IMG/VR virus record: IMGVR_UViG_3300032214_000203
Location: 1 to 54,539 of that record
Direction: 5' to 3' (one strand)
Source: a virus
Taxonomy: Duplodnaviria; Caudoviricetes
Length of the DNA: 54,539 nt
The notes below the pieces were generated by a model. It worked only from the letters and a program-made list of their open reading frames with translations. It did no database searches and was not told where the DNA came from. Position numbers and translations under genes: made by a program. Shown here piece by piece: positions 8,874-19,700 of the stretch; the stretch's first letter is position 1; the number at the start of each line of letters is the position of its first letter.

Positions 8874-10747
8874 ACATCATCGATCTACAGGAACGTCTGA
8901 AGGATTTGCCTGAACAGTCTTTGATGCAGGAAATGCAGATGCCGACTGGCACTGCGCCTCAGTTCCTTGTCTTGAGCGAACTAAAGCGCCGCAAGCGGAT
9001 GCGCGATGAGTATCAGCGTCAGCAGGCACAGGGCATGCAGACTGTGGCCGAAGAAGCTATCACTGCGGCGGGCATGCCGCAGGAAGGCATCATGGGTATC
9101 TCTCAGGCAATGGCCCCGAGAAGTGCAATTGCACAAGATACTGGCGTCAATGACATGATGCAGGCCGAGGCGACCCGTGCGCCACAGCCTCAAGAGATGC
9201 CAGTGCAGGGCATGTACGACGGTGGCTACGTTCGGAAGATGCAGGTTGGTGGGTTCCCTGAGGATGACTATCTAGTTTTTCTTGAGCGAATGAATCTTAC
9301 CGACTCGCCTGCAGCACGCAGAATGTACGCCAGCGAAGCTGGACGTGATGCCACGTCTTCCGGAATCTCCAACGTGAGTGCGGATGTTTCTGCATTCTTG
9401 CCCGGCGCTAGTGGGGCTGCAACTATAGACTTTGATGCCTCCGAAATGGGAGTGCCTTCAGGTGGTGAAAGGTCTTTTGGTCAGCGATACATAGGCGATC
9501 CGCTGCGTAGCTTGTTTCAGCCTGTTGGCGAGTCAATGCGCGAAACGCTGCAGCCTGTAGGAGAAGACCTCACGCAGGTGCTAAGGGGCAGACCGCAGGA
9601 GGACTACGCCTTTGTACCACCTAGAGACCCGCGCCTAGACCCTCAACCGTTGTCGTATGATCAGATCATTGCTCGTGCGCAAAGTGGCGCTATGCCGTCT
9701 CTTGATCAACTACAAAGCTCAGTTGAGGCTGGACTTCTGACTAGTCAGCAAGCGGCAGATGTGCAGGCAATGACTGAGGGCACTGGGTACATGCCGAGCG
9801 AGCAAGAAATTGCCGCAGCCCAAGCACCGGGAATGAGTCCTGTAATTCCAGATGACCCAAGACTTGTCACTGATCCATATCTTTTGCAAAGTGCGCGCAC
9901 TCAGCTTGGACAGGGTGTTGGAGACTACCTTGCTGGCGCGTTTGGAGATCGGAGTGTGCAGGAACAGTTAGACCTTAACGCTGCCCGCTCCAGAGCTATT
10001 GAGGAAACGGTATCGCAAGGCGTTGACAGCACTGCTGCAGTATCAGAAGCCAGTACTACCGCACCACGCACGCAGGCCGATGGCCTTTCATACGGCCTTG
10101 GATCGCTTGATACTGGCACTATCGCTGTGGGCCCTGACGGGATTCCGCTTTCGTTCGGCACTGCAGCAACTGGTGCTGCAACGCAGCCTAGCACAACCAC
10201 ACCTGATATTTCAGGTGGCGGCGGTGGTGGCGGCGGTGGTGCGCTTGGCTCAATTGAGGGGCGGATTGCACGCATGATCGAGGAACGTGAGAAGTCTGCT
10301 CAGGCTGACAAGTGGCTGGCTCTTGCCCAGACTGGTCTGGCACTGATGGCTTCTGATCAGCCCACCATTGGTGGCGCTATTGGTGAGGCTGGGCTTGCAG
10401 GGATTGGTGCCATGCAACAAGCTCGCAGCGCCTATGACAAGGACATCCTGACGCTTCTTGATGCACAGGCTGGCGTACAGCGTGCTCGTTCTACAGGTGC
10501 CCGTGGGTCGCAACCAAAAGCGCGAACCCCGGCAGAACTTAAAGGAGCACTTGACGTTTTCGAGGGGGAGGTTCAGCGACTTGCAAAACCAATCTACGGC
10601 CCTGACCCAACTGATCCCGTAGGAATGAAGCAGGCAATTGTCGGATATGACTACAGCTCTGTTCCTTCAGATGTTATGAATAACTACACAAGTCTGAGAC
10701 AACAATACTTGCAATTGTTCCAGTCTCCTGTGGATGTAACATCATAA
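8870..10747 (+). CDS. Internal virion/ejection protein
   Basis: 625 aa, ATGA overlap, Gln/Ala/Gly rich; between the pilot-like gene and the giant gene. Confidence 0.6.
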   Translation: MNIIDLQERLKDLPEQSLMQEMQMPTGTAPQFLVLSELKRRKRMRDEYQRQQAQGMQTVAEEAITAAGMPQEGIMGISQAMAPRSAIAQDTGVNDMMQAEATRAPQPQEMPVQGMYDGGYVRKMQVGGFPEDDYLVFLERMNLTDSPAARRMYASEAGRDATSSGISNVSADVSAFLPGASGAATIDFDASEMGVPSGGERSFGQRYIGDPLRSLFQPVGESMRETLQPVGEDLTQVLRGRPQEDYAFVPPRDPRLDPQPLSYDQIIARAQSGAMPSLDQLQSSVEAGLLTSQQAADVQAMTEGTGYMPSEQEIAAAQAPGMSPVIPDDPRLVTDPYLLQSARTQLGQGVGDYLAGAFGDRSVQEQLDLNAARSRAIEETVSQGVDSTAAVSEASTTAPRTQADGLSYGLGSLDTGTIAVGPDGIPLSFGTAATGAATQPSTTTPDISGGGGGGGGGALGSIEGRIARMIEEREKSAQADKWLALAQTGLALMASDQPTIGGAIGEAGLAGIGAMQQARSAYDKDILTLLDAQAGVQRARSTGARGSQPKARTPAELKGALDVFEGEVQRLAKPIYGPDPTDPVGMKQAIVGYDYSSVPSDVMNNYTSLRQQYLQLFQSPVDVTS

Positions 10748-10763
10748 TAAGCGGGGTGTAGTT

Positions 10764-13700
10764 GTGGGTATTATCAGCGTACAAAGCCCAACGACAGGCG
10801 GAAGCTACTCTGTAAGAATTGCAGGTGATGTTCCTACCGCAGAAGAACAGCAGCGCATTGACGCATATCTCGCGCAGCAAGACGCCACGTTTGCAAGAAC
10901 TGCTAGTCAATTGTTTCCTAGTGTCGCTCCGGCAGAAGCGCCAGAAGCCCCTGTTGAGGAAGATGACGGCACGGCTATTGGCCGTGGCTTTCAGCGTGGC
11001 CTCCAAGGCATCCGATCCCTCACTGGCACCACAATCGAAGAGGCTGGGCGCGCTCTTGGTTTGGAGGGTGTGCAGGAATTTGGCCGCGGCATGGAGACCG
11101 CTGCCGAAGAGGAGTTCCGCAAACTCCAAGAAGTCAGGGCGCGAACTGGGCTGTATGATGTAGAGGATTTAAGTAGCGCCCTCACCTACGGCGGTGAGAC
11201 ATTCGGCGAACAGGCTCCGATACTTGCACAGACACTGGCTGGCACTGCCGCTGGTGCTGCCATTGGTTCTGCCGTTCCAATCGTTGGCACGGGGATTGGT
11301 GCTGTTGTCGGTGGTGCAATAGCATCTCTGCCCCTTTTGTTTGGCGGGAACGTCCAGCGGCAAGAGGAGCAGGTAGCGGCTGGCGAATTGGATGAGGTCA
11401 GCGTCCAACGTGCACTTGCGACAGCCATTCCTCAAGCTGCACTCGAAGGTATCGCTGGTAGAATCCTTGCGTTTACACCGCTGCGTCCCGGCGTAGGCAA
11501 CGTTTGGGCAAGGGCTGGCAAGGGTGGCGCGGCTGGTGTCGTGGCTGAAGTCCCAACCGAAATTACACAGCAGTTGCTGGAGCGTGCGCAAGCTGGCCTG
11601 CCCATCGACAGCGATGATGCTATCAAAGAATACGTCGAAGCTGGCGTGGCCGCTGGTATTCTTGGTGGCCCGATTGGTGCCGCTGGTGGTGTGGTGCAGC
11701 GTGATGTTGCGCCCAAGGAACTCGATGATGACTACAAAGAGTTAGCCCTTGAGGGTGATCGCAGGATTAAGTTTGCCGAGGAAACGGAGCGGCAGATTGC
11801 AGAAGATCGTGCGAAGGCTCTTGCCTCCGCTGGCATTGACCCTGATGCACCGCTTGGCATTGAGGGGCCGCAGCAACGCCTTGCGCTTCCTGCGCCTGAG
11901 ACTGTTGATATTGCGCCCGAGACCGCAATCGCTGACGAAGAGTTCGCTAACCTGAGCTTTAACAAGGCTCAGTATGAGCGTGTGCTGCAGCAGGTAAAGG
12001 CCGACATTACCAGCGGGAAGAAGATCAACATCCCTGCAATCCAACAGCGCGTAAAGGCTGACATGCCTGATGTTACCGTACCCAAGGTGCGTGACATCAT
12101 GAAGGAGCTTCAGGCTCGCGACTTTGTCGTGGAAAACCCGGTAGCAAAAAAGAACAAGTACGTCGCCAAGAACGCTCTGGCACCGGAAGTAAACACGCCT
12201 GACGTTTCTTACCGCCGACAGATTGATACTGCCGCAGACTTCATCAAAGCGGATCAGTCAAAGCTGGAGCGCCTGCGCTATGACCTGCAGGCGGCAGAAG
12301 CATATGGTCGCGATCTAAATGGCAACAAGGTTACGCCGGATCAGGTGAACGCAGAGATCGCCCGCACAGAGCAGGGCATTGCGAAGAGCCAGCAAAGCAT
12401 TGAGCTTGCAAACCAGCGCCTCAAGACACTGGGCCGCGACACGCACGTCCCCCGCATTGAGAAGGTAGGCCTGCCGCCCAGCATGAAGGCTGTGCCTGTC
12501 GCTGAAGCCACACCGGATGCCCTTCGACCGCGCTTTGAGGCACAGCAGAGCGCCATTCGCGGTATGAAGGAGCAGATCACTTCCGTTAACAAACAGGTTA
12601 GCAAGCTCAACGAAAACGCCAAGAAGCGCACTTTAAGTTCTATTGAACTTGATCGCATGCAGAAGCTGCAACAGCAGCAAGCTGAGTTGTCTACGCGCCT
12701 TGGAGAGGCACAGGCAAACCTGAAAACACCTGAGAAGATTTTTCAGGAAGCAAAGGGTGAGCAATTCCGTGAGCAAGAACGGCAGCGTGAGATTGAGCGT
12801 AAGCTTATTGCAGCCCGCGCTCGTGCGGCAGCGGATCAGGTTAAAGCGCAGGAAGATCAGGGTGTGTCTCCGATCTCTTCAGCGTTCAATGCGAAGCAAG
12901 CGAATGTTCTCAAATCTCTCCAAACTCGACTGAACAATCTCGGCCTCAAAGATGTAAAGCTTGAGGGCGCACAAAGGATTGAGGGTGCTGAGGGCATGTT
13001 TGATCCAGTTACCAAGGTGCTTAGCCTTGGTATGGGCCTGTATGATCCGAAGATGACGGATCAACAGTTGTTCGATGCCACCTCTGAGGTGATGAACCAT
13101 GAGGTGGTTCATGCGCTGCGGGCTATGGGTTTGTTCAAGCCCAATGAGATGAAGACTCTCGAGCGTTTTGCAGAGAAGACCAAGTACGTCAAACGTACAA
13201 AAGACGGTACGCAAAAGCGGAACTACACATACCTTGACCGTGCAAATAAACTGTATCCAGACCTCACTCCGACACAGCAGAAAGAAGAAGCCTTTGCGGA
13301 AATGTTTCGCGACTACACGGCTGGCCGTCTGAAGCTTGGTGGTGGGCCGCGTGCTTTCTTCGAGAAGATCAAGAAGTTCTTCAAGGCTCTAATCGGTGCG
13401 AACGTTGATCAGGGCTTCACCCGTGTGGAGGATATCTTCCAAGGCATCCGCCGTGGTGAGATTGGTGCCCGTGATCGTGTGGCACCTGCCGCACCCGCTG
13501 CGCAACCTGCCGCCGCTGCGCCGATGCAGTCACGCATCCCTGCTACGGAAGAAGACATTCGCCCGCAGCAAGACATCCGCATGCCAATCAATCCAAACCT
13601 GCCGAACGATCAAGTGCGGGCACAAATTCAAAGGCTCACAGACCAGAACCGCCCCCTCGTTAAGCGGCTGATCAAGCGCATCGACGAGCGGTTCGGCACC

Positions 13701-16700
13701 AAGTCTGGCGACAATGTTAAAGACCTGTCCAAGGTCACGCAGAAGGCGCGTCGTCCCTCTATCTTGGCAGCTAAGCCATGGCATGATGTGTCGCACATCC
13801 GCGACAGCTACCGCTTCAAGACAGTGGTCGATGACTTCCGTAATGTGCCCGCCATCTTTGACGAGCTTTTGGCTGATGGCGTTGGCCTCGTGAAGATCGA
13901 TACCAACAAGCTATTCGCGCCGAAGGAGTGGGGCTGGCGCATCATTGCGTTCGATCTGCGCATGCCGAACGGCCAGCTTGTTGAGTGGTATTTGCCGCTC
14001 AAAGAACTTGAAGCAGAGAAGAAAGCCAAAGGCCACCTCATCTTTGAGGAGTGGCGGAACAAGACGCAGGAAGAGCTTTCCGCCCAGCGCGATGAATACT
14101 TCGCGTCAATCCGGCGCAGCTATGAGGGCTACGATCAAGCCTTCCAAGCAGCACTGGATCGCATGGGCGTCAGCCGTCAGGAAGCGGAAGCCTCTTGGAG
14201 AAGCGCAGAGAGTTCGTTGCTCGACGCTGCACGGAACGCCCGGAGATCGTCCGGCGTGGGGATTTCTTCCGCAGCAAGCGCAGAGACTGGCTTGACGGCA
14301 CCATCCATGGTGCGCACTGCAGTGGAGCCGTCCGCTCCGTATATGATGGCACGCCCAGTGCCGTCCTCGACCAGTGCAAAAGCTTCTGCCATTGTATCTA
14401 CCTCCGATGATTACATGCCGGACGCACCTGCAGAGGAGCGCCCCTTGTTCTCTAGGTTGCCTCGCTCCTCGATGGTAGCGGGCCTGCGGGACTTTATCAA
14501 AAATAATCCCGATGGTTTCACCATTGACTCTACCACATTCGACCCTGCCGCTGGCGGGTTTGTTGTGGCACCCCTAAAGGAAGCCGAAATAATTGTCGGA
14601 GAGTCCTTGCCAGAAGAGGTTCTACTAGGTTATATAGAGGATAACAAGGATATTGCAAGGGCAATCAATCGTCCCGTCTACTTGGGGGGATGGTTCGACA
14701 GCCAGAGCCAGCAGTACTTCTTGGACAACACACTGATTGTTCCCACTGCGGAAGAGGCGTTGTACATCGCCGAAGCTGCAGACCAGTTGGCAATCTTTGA
14801 CCTGAATAACTTTGAGGAGATCAGGACAAATGCAGGAATCGAACGACTCAAACAAAGTGGAACTTATCGGGGTGACGCCGCAGTCGGATACCAAAGAAAC
14901 CTTGCGGAGGTTGGTCGCCGCTTTGCGCAAGCAAGGGATCAACGTCGTGCCCGCATCCAAGAACAGCTTGTTGGAGGACTAGAGCGTCCGCGCCAGTCGC
15001 GCCTCGTTGTGCCGCTGACGCCCGAGCAGCGGTCGGCAAGCATCATCGACTACCTCAATCCGAACACTGGCAAGCCGCTCTTCAAGAAGAAGCCCGGAAG
15101 TGAAACGCTGGTAAGCTTTGCGAATAAGTTGCTGGAGCTTCGTGGCACCCGCACATACGACATCGTTAACTCTGAAGCGGATCGTCGTGAGATTGCGCAG
15201 ATCATGGCTGCAGAGGCAGAGGCTGCGCTTCTGTCGAGCCGCGATGCGCTGGGCTGGTATGACAGCACACTGAAGTTGGCGAAGCAAATCCTGTACCCTG
15301 TGTACCCAGAGATTTCGCCCACTCGTCCCGACGGCACCCCCAACCGGATGCACGATCCTGCAGCGGAGCATGCCTTCGACTACGCTACGGCAGTCACATC
15401 CAACGGCATGGCTGTCGTGGACAACTACCAGTTTGCGTCAGAGCAGTACGATGCGTGGAAGGCGAGCCCCGATGGCAAGTTCCCTGTCGTTGGCAAGGGT
15501 GATCAGGGCGGCTCAATGCTGTCTGCGTTTGAGTTCTGGAATGCGCTTGTCGATGTAGGGTACGACTCAAATCAAATCTCTCAGCTACTCACAACGCAGT
15601 TGCCACGCTCAGAGGTTAACAACATTCTGAAGGAAGTCTTTGGTGTTCGTCGTCTGGCAGACCTGCCAGTTCAAGCTGACACCAAGGAAGAGGCTGACAC
15701 CGTTGTGTCGGTGGCATACGTCATTGGCCCGAAGATTGGCAACGGCTTCTACCAAAACCTGCGTGGGAACTTCAACCCTCTGACAATGGATCGCTGGTGG
15801 ATGCGCTTTGTAAATCGCATCACCGGGAACCCGCTTGTGATCCACACCGAGGAGAGCCTTGGCAATACGTTCAACAAGCTGTGGAACTACGTCAGCAATC
15901 CTGATGGCCTGACAAATATGGAGCGCGACATTCTTCGTCGTGCCCAAGAAAACCTGAACATGACCAAGCTGGAAAGAAGTGACATTGCACTTTTGTCTAG
16001 CGAGATGGACAAGGTTTGGAACAAGGAGTTCTTCAACAAGGCCTACAACGACAAGCTCCGCGACCTTCAGAACGAAGGCATGGACTTTGAGATTGTGAAA
16101 GGTTCTGTGCGCGGCCCGGATGCCGAGCGCGTCAAGCGCCTTGCTCGTGAGGCTCGCCCCGAAAAGCCAGCCATGTCCAAGGCGGCGACCACCCTTGTGA
16201 AGAAACTGAAGCCGTCTCTTGAGGAGGCACCTCGCAACGCACCTGATCGCACCGCTATGCGTGATGCAGCAAATCGTGCCCGCGAAATCCTAAGACGTGA
16301 CCTTGGCGTCGAGCTTACCAATGCCGACTTCCAAGCCCTCATGTGGTACGCAGAGAAGCGCATCTTTGATGCTGGCGGCGTGAAGCGTGGGCGCGGTGAG
16401 GACAATGACTATGCGGATGGTGCGATTGCCATCGCCAAAGCGAAGGGAATATCCGATGCAAAAATTGAAGCCGCACTCCCCGAGGCAGAACGAGGCCGAG
16501 TCCGTGGTGTCGAATCTCAACTCGCAGGAGATCAAGATGCTGGCGGCAGGGTTGGCGAACTGGTTCGAGAACCAGAAGCGGGAGACTTCTTCGCCCCAAG
16601 AAGACTGACGCTCGTCCCTGAGGATGACACTATCGAAGCGAACATGACGCCCAGAGAACGGGCTGAGGTTCGTCAGGCACTGCAGGGCGCAGAGATCGAT

Positions 16701-19700
16701 CAGGAGATGCCGAGGCAGATGTACTCGCGCATGCCCGTGGCTGAGGCATACATGCCCACTCGTGCGCCTGTAGACAACAAGGCTGGCCCGACACCGATCT
16801 ACGGTTCCATCATGGAGCGTGGCCGCTTGTTGCCCGTTGTTCTGCCGAAGGGTTCGCACCGCGTCTATGAGAGCGGTATCGAGGTTGGCAATGGACTGTT
16901 CCATATCCAACAGCGTCAGCACGACAGGGAGCTTGTCGAGAACTCCAAGTACAAGCGCGTAGAGAATGCCATCTATGACCTGATGCGCCGTTGGCAGAAT
17001 CAAGGCTATGAAGATGGCGAGTCTGTCGTCGGCTACAACAGCCGCGACGGTATTGTGCTTGAATGGCGGAACAACCTTGCCTTCAGTTCTCCTCCCCTCC
17101 TTCTCGTTCTTGAGCGTGGCAGTGAGGTGCAAGGCGCTCCACTGCGTGATGCCTACTACGTCAAGACATTCTTCCCCGTCCTGAAGAAGAAGGATCGCGC
17201 AGCACCAGAGCGCAAGGCACAACAGCAGCGTCTCTATAGCCGCCTGTATTCCACCACTGCGACACTGGCACCACAGGTCAAAGCCAAGACCCTGAAGCTG
17301 GACTATGCGCGTGCGGCAGACTTCCTTGCAAAGGGTCTGCGCGTTGTGGTCACGCCCGACAAAGCGCAAGCCGCAGCCGACACGATCCTTCGCAAGTTCC
17401 AAGACAACATGCTGCCCGTTGGCCGCATGATCCAAGAGCTACAGGCCAAAGGCCTGACGATTACCGACGCCATGGATACCTATCTGAAGGAAGAGTTGTA
17501 TCACGGCGTTGTTGGCAACGAACTGAACCGTCGTGAAGAAGGCATCTACAAGGACGCTCTCAATGCAGTGAAGGCACTGAATGTGAATGCTGGCATGCTC
17601 GATGGGCTGCAGCGTGCATCTGATGCTGCGTCTGGCACTGGGGATGGCTTTGTGAAACAGGCGCGCCAGTCGGCTGGCAGCGACAAGCTGGCCTTGGCTG
17701 AAGCGTACCTCTACGCCAAGCATGCGAAGGAGCGGAATGCCTACATCCGTACCATCGATCCTAAAAACGACAGTGGCTCAGGCATGCAAGACGCAGAGGC
17801 TGACGCTATCCTGCGTTGGTTCTCTAGCTTGGATGCTTCCAATGCTGCGGCAATAGCCAACCTCAACACTGCAGCCCGTGGCATTGTGGCTGACACCAAC
17901 CGGGTTCGCGTTGACAGCGGGCTGATCCCTGATCAATTCGACCAGATTGTGGATGAGGACGGTCAGGTGATTAACCGCCCAGAGTACGACTTCTTCGTGC
18001 CTCTGCGTGGTATCTACGACCCTGAGGCTGCGGAGTCTGACGGCACCACTAGCGCCGCTGGCGGTCAGCTTTTTGGCGGAAGGGGTCGCCCCGATCCTCG
18101 TGCCCTTGGCCGCTACAAGTATGCCACTGACGTACTGGCAAACCTGATTAATCAGAACCAACAATCTGTATCTCGTGGCGAGCGCAACAAGGTCGGCCAA
18201 TCGTTCTTGGAGTTGCTTCGTGCAAACCCATCAATGACAAAGGCATACGCAGAAATTCTGACGAAGACGCCCAAGCGCCGCGCACTGAGGAGCGGGCGTG
18301 TGCGTGAGATCACTAACTTCGCTGCGGCACAAGACCCGAACATCTTTGTCGTGAAGGAAGACGGCAAGGATGTGTACGTCGAGCTGTTCAACCCGAACCT
18401 TGGCGCTGCGCTCAAGGGTGACAACGGCGTTGGCGCTGGCGCTCTAGGCTACATCGTGCGGTCTATGGGCATGGTGAACCGCTACCTGTCCAACATCAAC
18501 ACGTCCTATAACCCCGAGTTCTTCATCACCAACTTCCTTCGCGACTTGCAAGCTGCAGGCGTAAACATCCAACAGTTCGACGAGCAGGGTCTGACAACTC
18601 AGATCGTCAAGGATGTGCGCAAGGCTCTCGCTGGGATCAAGCGTTCCATCCGCAACAAGGACGACTCGTCCGAGTGGTCTCAGATTTACAGAGACTTTGT
18701 GAATGCTGGCGGTCAGAACGTCACGAACCAGATGTCTACCGTCGCAGATCAGATGGATAACATCCGCAGTCTGGTCGGGGATATCTCCGACAAGGGTGCC
18801 CGTGGCAGGTGGAACCAAGTTAAAAACAGCTTCGTCGGTAAAGGCGCTGGCTCTCTTCTGAGCTTTATCGAAGACTACAACACGGTGGTCGAAAACGGCA
18901 TCCGCGTTGCGACGTACAAGACGCTGCTCGACCGTGGGTTCACGCGCGAGAGGGCGGCACAGGCGGCTCGCAACGTGACTGTGAACTTCGCCAAGGGTGG
19001 CGAGTACAAGTCATTCCTGAATGCGTTCTACCTGTTCTACAACGCGTCTCTGCAGGGTTCGTTTGCCCTTCTGAATGCGGCACTGCGTTCGCGTAAGGTG
19101 CAGGGTATCTGGGCTGGCGTGATTGCTGCGGGCTTCCTGCAGGATCAACTGAATGCCTTGCTGTCCGATGAGGACGAAGACGAAGACAAGCAGTATGACA
19201 AAATTCCAGACTACATTCTGGAACACAACTTCATCCTGCCCGATCCGTTCGGCTTTACAGATCGCTCTTACATCGCCATCCCCATGCCGTATGGCCTGAA
19301 CATGGCGCACAACATTGGTCGCGCAACAAGCCGTGCATTGCGCGGTGAGTACGATGCAGGCGAGGCGACGGGCAGCATCGTTGGGAATATCGTTGACACC
19401 ATCAACCCGCTTGGTGGGTCTGAAAGCTTTGCAAACTTTGTTGCGCCAACCGTGGTCGATCCGTTCATTGACATCATCGAGAACGAAGACTTCGCGGACA
19501 AGCCGATCTTCAAGGAAGCATTCCCCGGAGATCGCGGGCCCGACAGTCAAAGGTACTGGGCAACGACAAACCCATCTGCAATCTGGGTGGCGCAGAACAT
19601 CAACTCTCTCACTGGTGGCACCTCTGCTATCCCCGGCTTCATCGATGCATCTCCAGATGTCCTGAACTTCTGGTTGGAGTTTGCGACAGGTGGTGTCGGT

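Noticed and set aside
13409-13591. Possible nested antisense gene after the metallopeptidase module
   Set aside because: No convincing SD; low-complexity mirror of the Ala/Pro linker; crosses the SR boundary.
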